64,000 bases of DNA. Origin: an uncultured Gemmatimonadales bacterium (GTDB taxonomy: Bacteria; Gemmatimonadota; Gemmatimonadetes; Longimicrobiales; RSA9). The stretch covers positions 1,312,001-1,376,000 of the forward strand of contig CAVUKA010000001.1 of assembly GCA_963741945.1 (NCBI GenBank), read 5' to 3'. The notes beneath the pieces are model-generated. The model searched no databases. It was given only the letters and a program-made list of their open reading frames with translations, and was not told the DNA's origin. Each line of letters starts with the position of its first letter. Within the stretch, counting starts at the first letter, position 1. Positions 18,536 to 28,951 of this stretch are shown piece by piece. Both the position numbers and the translations under genes were made by a program.

Positions 18536-21361
18536 ATGCGCAGTGTCGTTCCTGGCGTGACTCTGCTCCTCGCCCTCGCCCTTCTGCCCGCGTGCGATGC
18601 CACGGGCCCCCGGGCGGGCCCGCCCGCGTCCATCCGCAAGAGCCCCCTGCCCACGGACCTGGTGGTGGGAGATGTGGTGGACTCCGTGGCGATCACGGTG
18701 GTGGACAAGGACCGGCATCCGGTGGAAGGCGCGGCCGTCGCGTGGACCACCACCGATGGCGCCCTGCGCAGCACCAGCGGGACCACGGACGCCGATGGCG
18801 TGGCTTCCACGTCATGGACGCTCGCCACCACCTCCGGACAGCAGCGGCTCACGGCCACGGTCGGGACGCTCGAGGCCGTCTTCCAGCCGTACGTCAGCCC
18901 CGGCCCGCTGGCCGCGCTCGTGCTGGACGTCGGCGACACCACACTCACTGCGCTTGGCGACACCCTCCGGCTCCACGCGGACGGCCGCGACCGGTACGAC
19001 AACCATACGGCCACGGCTGCGCTGACGTGGATGTCCACGGATCCGGGCGTGGTCAGCGTGAGCGCGGGGACGGTGGTCGCCAGGGGCGAAGGCGACGCCC
19101 GCATCGTCGTCGCCAGCGGAGCGTCCGCGGACACGGCCCGGCTGACTGTGCGCCAGGTGGTCACCACCCTCACCATCGATCCTGCCGCCCCCGCCCTGCT
19201 GCCGACCGAGTCCGTCCGCATGACGGCCGTCCCCGCAGACGCGCGCGGCAACCCCGTGGACACCACCATGCAGGTCACCTGGAGCACCTCCGACGAGAGC
19301 GTCGCCACCGTGGACGGTGACGGGATGCTGCACGGCGTCGCCGCGGGGGACGCCACGGTGACGGCTGCGGCCGGGCCGTTCACGGTCGGCGCGACCGTCC
19401 GCGTTCGCACGGGGCCGCGTCCCACGATCTCCGACATATCGCCGGCCGTGCTGGGCGCCCACGATACGGCCACGATCACCGGCACGGGCTTCGCCGCCGA
19501 CCCGGCGCTGAACCGGGTCTCGGTGGGGGAGATCCCGGGCACCGTGCTCGATGCCGCACCCACCCGCATCACCGTCCTCATGCCGGGGGCCGGGGCGTTC
19601 CCCTGCGGCCCTCGTACGGATATGGACGTGATGGTCTCGGTGGACGACCTCACGGCCACGCGCGCGCACCCCGTGGCGGGCGCGGACCACCACGCCCTGG
19701 CCGTCGGCGAGTCGATGGTCTTCCAGGGCGCGGCGGCCGGCTGCAACGAGCTCACGGAGTCCGGTGAGTACGTGGTCACGGTGTTCAACGGCGCGCCGTC
19801 GCTCAGTGTGCTCACCGGGTTCCGGCTGCGGGGGACTGCCAATGCCGCCCCGGGCTCACTGCGCACGGGCGAGCCGACGCTCCGGCAGTTCCTGAGCTTC
19901 GAGCCGGCCGCCGCACGGCTCCCCGAGAACCCCGACGCGCTCGGGCATCTGCGGATGCTGGATGCGAACGAGGGGGTGCTCCGGAGACTCGGGCCGCCCC
20001 GCCGCACGCCCCTGGCCCCGAACGTGACCGGCGCCGGCGCAACCGCTTCGGCCACGACTCCGCCCCGGGCGGGAGACGTCCGCACGTTCCGCATCCCGAA
20101 CATCGATGGCAACGAGCTGTGCAGTGATTACTCCACGATCACGGCCCGCGTGGCCTACGCGGGCACGCGCGGCATCATCTGGGAGGACACGGCCGCGCCG
20201 CTGGCAGGGAGGATGGACACGGCATGGGCGCGCCTCGGCCAGGAGTTCGACGACGTGATGTACCCGGTCCTCCTCCAGTACTTCGGCGACCCGCTCATCT
20301 ACGACCCGCAGCTGGATGACAACGGCCGCTTCTTCATGCTCTTCTCCAGGAAGGTGAACGACTTCACCACGGGCGTGGAGGGGTTCGTCTTCTCCGGTGA
20401 CTTCTTCCCCCGCGTGCAGTGCCAGTCCAGCGACGCCGCGGAGATGTTCTACGGGCGCGTGCCCACGGACACCGCCGCGGGCTACACCGGCAACACCATC
20501 CTCTCGTGGCGCTGGGGCATGCGCTCCACGGTCATCCACGAAGTGAAGCACATCACGTCGTACTCCCACAAGCTGGCCGCCGCCGGGAGCGGGGCCGTCA
20601 ACTGGGAGGAGCAGTGGCTCGAGGAGTCCACGGCAAGGCTGGCCGAGGAGTATTACGCCCGCGCGCTCTTCGGCTTCACGCAGACTTCCAACGTCACGTA
20701 CCAGCAGAGCATATACTGCGAGCGCCGTGTCGGCCCGAACTGGCCGGAGTGTGATCCCTTCCCGCTCATCATGGGGAACCACTTCGGAGGTCTGAACACT
20801 TACTACCACAACATCGAAGCGCGCTCACCGCTCGGCCGCACCGGTGAAGGGGACTGGTCCTTCTACGGCAGCGGGTGGCTTTTCGTGCAATGGGCCATCG
20901 ACCAGTCGGGAATGGACGAAGCCGCCTTCATCAAGGCCATGGTGGACGAGCCGCGGGCTACCGGCGTGGACAACATCGCGGTCCGGACCGGCCGCAGCTT
21001 CCGCGATCTCCTCGCCGATTTCAGCCTGGCCATGGCCGTGGATGACCACCCATCGGGCTTCGCGCCACTCCGCCACCAGCTCACGATCCCCGGCTGGAAC
21101 ACGCGCAACATGTTCAGCGGCCTCCACGACGATTACGCAGGTACCGGCCTGGCCAGCACGTATGACCTCGCCTGGCCCCTCGCCACTCACGCCGTCTCTT
21201 TCGGCGACTTCACCATCGACGTCAGTGGCGTGCGCGGCGGGAGCACGGCCGTCTTCAGCCTCTCCGGGGCTTTCCCGGGCGGGCAGCTCATCGAGCTCCT
21301 CTCGCCCGCGGGCGGAGAGACACCGTCCAACCTCGGCCTGGCCGTCGTGAGGGTGCAATGA
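18536..21361 (+). CDS. Lipoprotein with Ig-like (Big) and IPT/TIG domains and a C-terminal HExxH metallopeptidase (M30/hyicolysin-like)
   Basis: Lipobox LLPAC; Big-like repeats (VTWSTSDESVATVDGDG); PTISDISP; HEVKH followed by WLEES. Confidence 0.75.
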   Translation: MRSVVPGVTLLLALALLPACDATGPRAGPPASIRKSPLPTDLVVGDVVDSVAITVVDKDRHPVEGAAVAWTTTDGALRSTSGTTDADGVASTSWTLATTSGQQRLTATVGTLEAVFQPYVSPGPLAALVLDVGDTTLTALGDTLRLHADGRDRYDNHTATAALTWMSTDPGVVSVSAGTVVARGEGDARIVVASGASADTARLTVRQVVTTLTIDPAAPALLPTESVRMTAVPADARGNPVDTTMQVTWSTSDESVATVDGDGMLHGVAAGDATVTAAAGPFTVGATVRVRTGPRPTISDISPAVLGAHDTATITGTGFAADPALNRVSVGEIPGTVLDAAPTRITVLMPGAGAFPCGPRTDMDVMVSVDDLTATRAHPVAGADHHALAVGESMVFQGAAAGCNELTESGEYVVTVFNGAPSLSVLTGFRLRGTANAAPGSLRTGEPTLRQFLSFEPAAARLPENPDALGHLRMLDANEGVLRRLGPPRRTPLAPNVTGAGATASATTPPRAGDVRTFRIPNIDGNELCSDYSTITARVAYAGTRGIIWEDTAAPLAGRMDTAWARLGQEFDDVMYPVLLQYFGDPLIYDPQLDDNGRFFMLFSRKVNDFTTGVEGFVFSGDFFPRVQCQSSDAAEMFYGRVPTDTAAGYTGNTILSWRWGMRSTVIHEVKHITSYSHKLAAAGSGAVNWEEQWLEESTARLAEEYYARALFGFTQTSNVTYQQSIYCERRVGPNWPECDPFPLIMGNHFGGLNTYYHNIEARSPLGRTGEGDWSFYGSGWLFVQWAIDQSGMDEAAFIKAMVDEPRATGVDNIAVRTGRSFRDLLADFSLAMAVDDHPSGFAPLRHQLTIPGWNTRNMFSGLHDDYAGTGLASTYDLAWPLATHAVSFGDFTIDVSGVRGGSTAVFSLSGAFPGGQLIELLSPAGGETPSNLGLAVVRVQ

Positions 21362-21915
21362 CACCGGTTCGATCCGATACCGCGCCCCCGACTGCCGCGC
21401 GCGGCCGCGCACGGTCCCGCTCCCGCGCGGCCCTGCTCCCGCTCCTCCTCGTGCTCCCGGCCGTGCTCTCCGCGTGCGGCGGCAGCGCCCCGGCCGCCGC
21501 GCACGTGACGCCCGTCCCGACCGACACCCTTGTCGGGGAAATCCTGGTCACCGGAGCGGATCCCACCGCGAGTGTGGAGCTCAGGACAGCCGACGAGCGG
21601 GTCCGGCTCGTGGGTCCCGTCGCCGACACCCTTCGCTCTCTCTCCCGTGTCGAAGTGGCCGTCACCGGCGAGCGCGTGCAGCGCGGGCTCCGGGTCCGGT
21701 CCTTCCGCGTGGTCGGCGTCGCCGGCGTTTCGGCCATGGACGGCGTGCTCGAGCTCGATCGCGGCGACGCCGTCCTCCTGGTCCCCACTGGTGAGCGCGT
21801 GCGATACGGCCCCGCTCCGCCCGGGCTGCGGCCCCTCGTCGGACGCCGCGTCTGGATCGCCGGGCCCGCGGGCGTGGCCCCGTCCTCCTGGGGCGTCATC
21901 GAGCCGACCTCCTGA
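21358..21915 (+). CDS. Hypothetical lipoprotein
   Basis: Lipobox VLSAC; start overlaps the upstream stop (ATGA). Confidence 0.7.
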   Translation: MTPVRSDTAPPTAARGRARSRSRAALLPLLLVLPAVLSACGGSAPAAAHVTPVPTDTLVGEILVTGADPTASVELRTADERVRLVGPVADTLRSLSRVEVAVTGERVQRGLRVRSFRVVGVAGVSAMDGVLELDRGDAVLLVPTGERVRYGPAPPGLRPLVGRRVWIAGPAGVAPSSWGVIEPTS

Positions 21916-22014
21916 GGGGGTGGACGCATCTCGTAATCCGGCGCTATCCTTCCCTCCTCTCCCCGTGCGCGCTCTCAATGCGCGGTACACTTCCATCAGG
22001 AGCCCGGAAAACCC

Positions 22015-23082
22015 ATGGTGCGACGACGCCTTCCGATGCTCGCCGTGGCCGCCGCTGCGACCGCCGCCGCGTGCGATGTCCCCACCGACGCTCCGCTCAT
22101 CGAGCAGGAATGGCAGGTGACCCTGGACTCGATCCGCCTGGGCATCGACGATTTCCTCCCGGCCGGAATCGCGTTCAACCAGGACAGCACCCGTTTCCTC
22201 GCCGACTACCCGGGCACCGTGGCATCCGCCTCCCTCGCCCAGATGTGCGGCGCGCCATGCGCCGGGTTCACCGGCGGGACCGTGCCCGTGAAGCCGGCGT
22301 TCCGGGACACGCTCGACGCCGATTTCGCGCTGGCCACCGACCTGGTGTCCGCCCGGGTGGCGGGCGGAGCGGTATCGGTGGAGCTGACCCACACCCTGGA
22401 GTTCGATCCACTCTCGCCGGACGGCGCCACCGCGACCGGCTACATCGTGGTGCGCGCCACCAGCCGCGGTGCCGTGGTGGCCGAGGACAGCCTGGATGGT
22501 GCGGACGTCCGCTTCACGTCGGCGGACACGCTCCGCCCCATGCTTGACCTGCGGGACGTCGCCATCGGGGGACAGGTCCACGTCGAGGTCCTGATCTACT
22601 CTCCCGCGGGTGGCCCGACCCGGGTCGGAGCCGATGACGGGCTCCAGGCCAGGGTGGAGCCCGGCACCGTCCCGTTCTCCAGCGCCACCGTCGCCATGGG
22701 CAGCCGGAGCTTCGGACCATACACGGAGCGCACCGAGCTGGACGTCGACTCCACAGTGGTGGATCACGTCGAATCCGGGGCGCTGCTCCTGGACGTGGAC
22801 AACCCGCTTGTGGTGACCGGCACGATGGACGTCGAATTCCGCCTGCCCACGCGCACGATCCGAAAGTCCGTGCCGCTCCAGGAGGGGAGCTATCGGGCCC
22901 GGGTGGAGTTCACCACGACCGAGTTGAGGAGCCTGCTGGCGAGCCCCGGCATGGACGTGGTGGCCAGCGGCACGGCCACCAGCGCCACCGGCACCGTGAC
23001 GCTCGAGCCGGGCGACCGGCTCCGCGTTGCCATCCAGCTGGAGGCGATCCTGCTCCTCGGTGACCACACGGAGGCGAACTGA
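22015..23082 (+). CDS. Hypothetical beta-rich lipoprotein
   Basis: Lipobox TAAAC; AGGAG upstream; additional CGAPC; translationally coupled to the next gene. Confidence 0.75.
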   Translation: MVRRRLPMLAVAAAATAAACDVPTDAPLIEQEWQVTLDSIRLGIDDFLPAGIAFNQDSTRFLADYPGTVASASLAQMCGAPCAGFTGGTVPVKPAFRDTLDADFALATDLVSARVAGGAVSVELTHTLEFDPLSPDGATATGYIVVRATSRGAVVAEDSLDGADVRFTSADTLRPMLDLRDVAIGGQVHVEVLIYSPAGGPTRVGADDGLQARVEPGTVPFSSATVAMGSRSFGPYTERTELDVDSTVVDHVESGALLLDVDNPLVVTGTMDVEFRLPTRTIRKSVPLQEGSYRARVEFTTTELRSLLASPGMDVVASGTATSATGTVTLEPGDRLRVAIQLEAILLLGDHTEAN

Positions 23083-24410
23083 TGCGCACGCCCCATGCAC
23101 TCGCCACCACGATCCTGACCGCCGCCCTGGCCCTCGGGCTGCCGGCCGGCACCCGGGCACAGGTCGCCAACCCGACGCCGCGCGCACTCGGTCTCGGCGG
23201 CAACTACACGGCCCTCGCCCGCGGCTTCGCGGCCGTGGCATGGAACCCGGCCGGGCTCGGCATGCCCGACAACCCCTCGTTCTCCATCACCGTGTTCCCC
23301 GTTTCCGGCGCCATGGGGCTCGGACCCATCGGCCTCCGCGACGTGGCGGACTACGAGAGTCAGCTCATCCCCCGCGACGTGAAGCTCGCCTGGCTGGACG
23401 TCATCCGCGCCAGCGGCGGCGAGCATGGCACCGTGGCCGGCGATGCGACTCTCGTCGCGTTCAGCGCCGGGCGCCTCGCCGTGTCCGCGTCCAGCACTCT
23501 GCGCGGTCGCGTCAACGTGGCATCCGACGTGGCCGAGCTGTTCCTCTTCGGCAACGCCGGCCTCACCGGTGAGCCCGGCCAGTACACGCTCGCGGGCTCC
23601 GGCTTCGACATGGCGGGCACCAGCACGCTCGCCGTCAGCTTCGGCGCGCCGCTCCACCTCACGCTCGGCCGCCTCCCGGACCAGCACTTCGCCCTGGGGG
23701 CCACGCTGAAGTACACGGTTGGCAACTTCTTCATCTCGGGGCAGGAGAGCGGCAGCAGCATCACGAGCAGCCCCGTGGACGTGACCATCCACTTCCCCGT
23801 GGTCAGCACCCCGCTCTCCGACAGCGCCCGGCACGCGGGGGCCAGCGCATTGTGGAACAACGGCAGCGGCGTGGGCCTGGACCTCGGAGCGGCCTGGCGG
23901 GGCGGCATCTTCTCGGCGGGCGTGGCCATCGAGAACGTGTTCAACACGTTCGACTGGGACCGCTCCGAGCTCGAGTTCCGGGAGGGCGCGGCGGTCTGGA
24001 CCGCCGATACTTCGTACACGAGCTTCGACGTCGTGGCCAACGCCGGCGTCCTGCCCGCCGACCTCGCCGACCGCCTCGACCGGCTCTACACCTTCTCGCC
24101 CGTGCTCGCCGCTGGCGCCGCCGCACGCGTGCTGCCATACCTCACCGTCACGGGGGACGTGCGACACGCATTCGACGATGACCTGCAGGTGGCCGCCCGC
24201 AGTCACGCGGGTGTCGGGGCCGAGCTCACCCTCCTGCCCTTCCTCCCGCTGCGCGCGGGGTTCGCCGCGCTGTCGGGCGGCTACCAGCTGGCGGGCGGGC
24301 TGGGGCTCCGCCTGGGGACGTTCGAGATCAGCGCCGCGGCCGCCGCGCGGCAGAACGACCTGGGCGACGCGACTGCGGCCTCGTTCGGTTTCTCCGTGGG
24401 GCTGCCTTAG
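23082..24410 (+). CDS. Probable outer-membrane beta-barrel (FadL/TraF/DUF5723-like)
   Basis: Signal peptide; RALGLGGNYTALARG..AVAWNPAGLG N-terminus typical of FadL/PorV-like barrels; GVGLDLG, LPLRAG and alternating beta-strand patterns. Confidence 0.7.
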   Translation: MRTPHALATTILTAALALGLPAGTRAQVANPTPRALGLGGNYTALARGFAAVAWNPAGLGMPDNPSFSITVFPVSGAMGLGPIGLRDVADYESQLIPRDVKLAWLDVIRASGGEHGTVAGDATLVAFSAGRLAVSASSTLRGRVNVASDVAELFLFGNAGLTGEPGQYTLAGSGFDMAGTSTLAVSFGAPLHLTLGRLPDQHFALGATLKYTVGNFFISGQESGSSITSSPVDVTIHFPVVSTPLSDSARHAGASALWNNGSGVGLDLGAAWRGGIFSAGVAIENVFNTFDWDRSELEFREGAAVWTADTSYTSFDVVANAGVLPADLADRLDRLYTFSPVLAAGAAARVLPYLTVTGDVRHAFDDDLQVAARSHAGVGAELTLLPFLPLRAGFAALSGGYQLAGGLGLRLGTFEISAAAAARQNDLGDATAASFGFSVGLP

Positions 24411-24438
24411 CGTCGCGCGCCCTTCGCTCGCCGGCTTT

Positions 24439-26934
24439 TCACGGGAACGCCACGCCCACGGCATCGAGCAATGGACGGAAGTGCTTGAGCCATCGCCGGG
24501 CCCGCTCGTCGCCCGCGTCCGCCCGCGCCCGCACGGTCCCCGAGTGGTCCCGCCGGAGGTCGTAGAGCGCGTTCTGCAGATTCCAGAAGTTCACCTTGAA
24601 CGGCGACGCCTTGGCCAGCACCGTGCTCGCTTCGAGGCGCTGCAGCAGGACCAGGTCGTCGGGCGCGCGCCGCAGCTCCCGCGCCATCCCTTCCAGCGTG
24701 CCCTGGAACGCGAACCCGATTCCCTCCCGGTCCAGCATGATCTCCCGGCGGCCGGCGTCCTCGAGCAGCGTGCGCACGCGGCCCACGTCCAGCTCCGGGT
24801 CCGAGACTTCGCGCAGCAGACTCGTGTTGATCACGTACTCGCCGGCGAGCGAGAGCGCCGGTGGCATGGGGATGGACAGGTCGTGCAGGAACCGCATGAG
24901 CGGGGCGTTCCGCTCGTACACCTGGCGGTACGCCGACTCCGCGTCGCCGAGCGTGGACTCGATGATCTGATCCAGCACCTGGCGGCGCTGGTCGTGGAAG
25001 AGCGACCGGAGGTTGTACGTCGAGTTGCGGAAATGGCGGTCGAGCGCCCGGATCGTGTCCGTGAACTCCGCCGCCTCGAACGGCGCGCTGACCTCATCGC
25101 GCATGGCGCTGAACTGCTCCTGTCCGGCATGGGGTCGGACGCCCGCGTGGATCGTGTGATCGCCCAGGTGGAGCACGCCGTAGCTCAGCACCGCCAGTTC
25201 CTTGGTCACGCGCGACATCACCGTGATCAGCCCCGTGGCCAGCCGCGCGCGCCCGGCCTGACGCAGGTCCACGTCCGAGACCTCGATGTTGTAGCAGTAT
25301 TCCCGCGTCTGCTCGCTCGGCTCGCCGAAGAGCGAGGAGATGGCGAAGTGCGCGCCCACTTCCGACAGGTCGACTCGCGAGCCGCGCACCGCGCGGTCAT
25401 AGATCGCGCGGCCGTCCGCCTGGGCCGGGATGTTGGAACGCGCGTCCTGCAGCTCCTGGAGAAACGGCTCCTCCACGCGGTAGTCCAGCACGTCTTCCGC
25501 GAGCTGGATCACCCGCCCCGCGTACTCGATCACCTGGACCGTCTCGATCCCGGACAACTCGTCGAAGAACCAGCCGCAGCTCGTGTACATCAGCAACGCG
25601 TGGCGCTGCAGCTCGAGCAGCTTGGTCAGGCGCACGCGCTCTTCCGCTTCCAGCGCCCGGGGCGCATGCTTCTCCAGGAACGAGTCAATGGAGTCCGGAT
25701 CCCGGTCCAGAATCACGTCGATGTAGTCGTCCCGCGCCGCCCACGGGTCCTCCACGTACTCCGACGCGGCCGCTTCGTACCGCCCCGCGAGCTCGTCGCG
25801 CAGCCAGTCCAGTGCATCCCGGAGCGGCGCCCGCCACTCCTGCGTCCATTCCGGGTGCCCTCCCGTGTTGCACCCGCAGTTGGCCTGCCACCGGTCCACG
25901 CCATGTGAGCAGCTCCAGGACGTCGATTCCACGATCCGCACCTCGTGCTCCGGCGGGTGCTTCTCGAGGAACTCCCCGTAATTGGTCAGCTTCACATCCC
26001 GTCGCTCCTCGATCGACTGGAGCGCCCGCGCCAGCGCCATGTCGCCATACCGGTGATGATGCCCGTACGTCTCGCCGTCCGTGGCGATGTGCCCGAGCTG
26101 GGCCCGGTCCCGATCGGCCTGGAACATGTCCATGAGGCGCGCCGCGAACGTGTCGCCGCTCCGCAGCAGCCCTTCGAACGCCACCGCCCGGGACACCGGT
26201 CCGTCATAGAAGAAGAGCGTGATTTCCCGACCGCTCGGCAACTTGCACAGGTAGGGGCGGGTCGGGTCGATCTTCGCCCCCGTCACATCCTCCCACCCCG
26301 CCTCGCTCGCCGGCTCCTCACGTTCACCCGCGTCACTCACCGGCGCCGCCGGCGCCAGCCCCGCCAGCGGCCGGATCGCCTCGGCCTGGTGCGGCGCGAG
26401 GATGGTGAACCGGATCCCCTGTTCCGCCAGTGCTTCCAGTGTCGGGATGTCCGCCGCCGTCTCGGCCAGCCACATCCCCTCCGGCTCGCGACCGAATCGG
26501 TGCTCGAAATCCCGCAGCCCCCAGATCACCTGGGTACGCCGGTCCCGGTCGTTCGCCAGCGGCATGATGATGTGATTGTACACCTGCGCGAGAGCCGAGC
26601 CGTGGCCGCTGAACCGCTCGAGGCTCCGCCGATCCGCGTCCAGCACCGCCTGGTACGTGACCGGCGCATGGTCCTCCATCCAGTGGAGGAGGGTGGGGCC
26701 GATGTTGAAGCTGATCCGTTCGTAGTTGTTCACCAGCTCGCGGATCCGTCCACGGTTGTCCAGGATCCGGGACACGGCGTTCGGGCCATAGCACTCGGCT
26801 TCGATCCGCGCGTTCCAGTCGTGGTAGGGGAACGCCGAATCCTGGCGCTCGATCGCTTCCAGCCACGGGTTCTCCCGCGGCGGCTGATAGAAATGCCCGT
26901 GGATGCAGAGGTATCGGGTGTTGTGGTCGCTCAT
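24439..26934 (-). CDS. GH57 glycoside hydrolase with DUF3536 domain
   Basis: IHGHFYQPPRENPW, GMWLAET, ATDGETYGHH, SWSCSHGVDRW and MYTSCGWFFD motifs. Confidence 0.92.
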   Translation of the reverse strand: MSDHNTRYLCIHGHFYQPPRENPWLEAIERQDSAFPYHDWNARIEAECYGPNAVSRILDNRGRIRELVNNYERISFNIGPTLLHWMEDHAPVTYQAVLDADRRSLERFSGHGSALAQVYNHIIMPLANDRDRRTQVIWGLRDFEHRFGREPEGMWLAETAADIPTLEALAEQGIRFTILAPHQAEAIRPLAGLAPAAPVSDAGEREEPASEAGWEDVTGAKIDPTRPYLCKLPSGREITLFFYDGPVSRAVAFEGLLRSGDTFAARLMDMFQADRDRAQLGHIATDGETYGHHHRYGDMALARALQSIEERRDVKLTNYGEFLEKHPPEHEVRIVESTSWSCSHGVDRWQANCGCNTGGHPEWTQEWRAPLRDALDWLRDELAGRYEAAASEYVEDPWAARDDYIDVILDRDPDSIDSFLEKHAPRALEAEERVRLTKLLELQRHALLMYTSCGWFFDELSGIETVQVIEYAGRVIQLAEDVLDYRVEEPFLQELQDARSNIPAQADGRAIYDRAVRGSRVDLSEVGAHFAISSLFGEPSEQTREYCYNIEVSDVDLRQAGRARLATGLITVMSRVTKELAVLSYGVLHLGDHTIHAGVRPHAGQEQFSAMRDEVSAPFEAAEFTDTIRALDRHFRNSTYNLRSLFHDQRRQVLDQIIESTLGDAESAYRQVYERNAPLMRFLHDLSIPMPPALSLAGEYVINTSLLREVSDPELDVGRVRTLLEDAGRREIMLDREGIGFAFQGTLEGMARELRRAPDDLVLLQRLEASTVLAKASPFKVNFWNLQNALYDLRRDHSGTVRARADAGDERARRWLKHFRPLLDAVGVAFP

Positions 26935-27064
26935 ATGTCCTCGGGCCGCGAAGGGCCCGCCAGGGTGATGTCCCTGCGCCTTGCTGGCAGCGCACGCGCG
27001 CTGCGCTCGCGTTCGAAGCGGCCGGGCCCGGGCCGCAGGGACCCGGGCGCGGGGACCGCCCGGC

Positions 27065-28951
27065 CTACCGTCGCGGCGCCAGGAACAGCGCCCCCAGGGG
27101 AGGCAGCGTGAGCGACAGCGACTGCGCACGTCCGTGCGCCGGCTCGTGTTCGACGGGTACCACCGTCTGCGCGGCCGCGAACCCGCTCCCGCCGAAGTCC
27201 TCGGCATCGGAGTCCAGCAGCACCTCCCACGTCCCCCCGAATGGCACCCCGACCCGGTAGTCCGGCCGCGGGACAGGGGTGAAGTTGTAGACGCACAGCA
27301 CGGCGCTTTCGGGCTCCGCCCCGCGCCGGAGGAAGGCGACGACGCTGTTCGCCCGGTCGTCGCCGATCACCCACTCGTATCCTTCCGGGACCGTGTCCTT
27401 CTCGTGAAGCTCCGGACGCCCACGGTAGAGCGTGTTCAGCGCCGATGTCAGCTTCAGCAGTCCCCGGTGCTCCGGATTCTCGAGCAGCCCCCACTCCAGC
27501 TCCTGTTCGTGGGCCCATTCGCTCGACTGACCGAACTCACCGCCCATGAAGAGCAGCTTCTTCCCCGGCTGGCCGTACATGTAGCCCAGCAGCGTCCGGA
27601 GGTTGGCCCGCTTCTGCCAGTCATCGCCGGGCATCTTGCCGAGCAGCGATCCCTTCCCGTACACCACCTCGTCGTGCGACAGAGGGAGCGTGTAGTTCTC
27701 GGTGAACATGTACACGGCGCGGAAAGTGATCTCATCGTGATGATAGGCACGGTGCACCGGCTCGTGCGCCATGTATTCCAGCGTGTCATGCATCCACCCC
27801 ATGTCCCACTTCAGCCCGAACCCCAGCCCGCCGATCTCCGTCGGCCGCGACACCATGGGCCACGCCGTCGACTCCTCGGCGAAGGTCTGCACGTCCGGGA
27901 ATCGCTCGTACACGGCCTCGTTGAGCTGCCGCAGAAAGGAGATCGCCTCCAGGTTCTCGCGCCCACCGTGCTGGTTCGGGATCCACTCCCCCTCCTGGCG
28001 GGAGTAGTCCAGGTAGAGCATGGAGGCCACTGCGTCCACGCGCAGCCCGTCCACGTGATACCGTTCGAGCCAGAACATCGCGCTGCTGATCAGGAAGCTC
28101 CGGACTTCGTTCCGACCGTAATTGAAGATCCCCGACTTCCAGTCGGGGTGGTAGCCCTTGCGCGGATCCGAGTGCTCGAACAGGTGTGTGCCGTCGAAGA
28201 ATGCCAGCCCGTGCTCGTCGTTCGGGAAATGACTGGGCACCCAGTCCAGGATCACCCCGATCCCCTCCTGGTGCAGGTGGTCCACCAGGTACATGAAATC
28301 CTGCGGTGTGCCGAACCGGCTCGTGGGGGCGAAGTATCCCGTGGTCTGGTAACCCCACGACCCGAAGAACGGGTGCTCCATGATGGGCAGCAGCTCGACA
28401 TGCGTGAACCCGGCTTCCCGCACGTACTCCGCCAGCCGCGGCGCCATCTCACGGTACGTGTTGAATTCCCGGTCGGGCGGCCGCATCCAGGAGCCGAGGT
28501 GCACTTCGTAGATGGAGATCGGCGAGTCCAGCCGGTTCCGCTCGCCCCGATGCTCCATCCACGCCCCGTCGCCCCACTCGTACTCAAGGTCCCATACCAC
28601 GGAGCCGGTCTTCGGCGGCGTCTCCTGGTGGAAACCCACCGGGTCCGCCTTGTCCACGCTGTAGCCGTTGTGCTGCGAGCGGATGTGGTACTTGTAGATC
28701 GATCCTTTCTCCGCGCTCGCCACCACGCCGGTCCAGATCCCCGACGAGCCCTGCGGCTCCAGCGGCGACGCGTCCTTGTCCCAGTCGTTGAAGTCGCCGA
28801 TCACCGTCACCGACTCCGCCGACGGCGCCCACACGGCGAAGCGCGTCCCCCCCTCCTCCACGTGCGCACCGAGCCGCTCGTACACCGCCCGGTGACTCCC
28901 CTCGTTGAAGAGGTATCGATCGTATTCCGTCAGCACCGCCGATTCGCTCAT
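27065..28951 (-). CDS. glgB: 1,4-alpha-glucan branching enzyme
   Basis: [45 protein letters not shown] and LSHDEVV motifs. Confidence 0.97.
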   Translation of the reverse strand: MSESAVLTEYDRYLFNEGSHRAVYERLGAHVEEGGTRFAVWAPSAESVTVIGDFNDWDKDASPLEPQGSSGIWTGVVASAEKGSIYKYHIRSQHNGYSVDKADPVGFHQETPPKTGSVVWDLEYEWGDGAWMEHRGERNRLDSPISIYEVHLGSWMRPPDREFNTYREMAPRLAEYVREAGFTHVELLPIMEHPFFGSWGYQTTGYFAPTSRFGTPQDFMYLVDHLHQEGIGVILDWVPSHFPNDEHGLAFFDGTHLFEHSDPRKGYHPDWKSGIFNYGRNEVRSFLISSAMFWLERYHVDGLRVDAVASMLYLDYSRQEGEWIPNQHGGRENLEAISFLRQLNEAVYERFPDVQTFAEESTAWPMVSRPTEIGGLGFGLKWDMGWMHDTLEYMAHEPVHRAYHHDEITFRAVYMFTENYTLPLSHDEVVYGKGSLLGKMPGDDWQKRANLRTLLGYMYGQPGKKLLFMGGEFGQSSEWAHEQELEWGLLENPEHRGLLKLTSALNTLYRGRPELHEKDTVPEGYEWVIGDDRANSVVAFLRRGAEPESAVLCVYNFTPVPRPDYRVGVPFGGTWEVLLDSDAEDFGGSGFAAAQTVVPVEHEPAHGRAQSLSLTLPPLGALFLAPRR

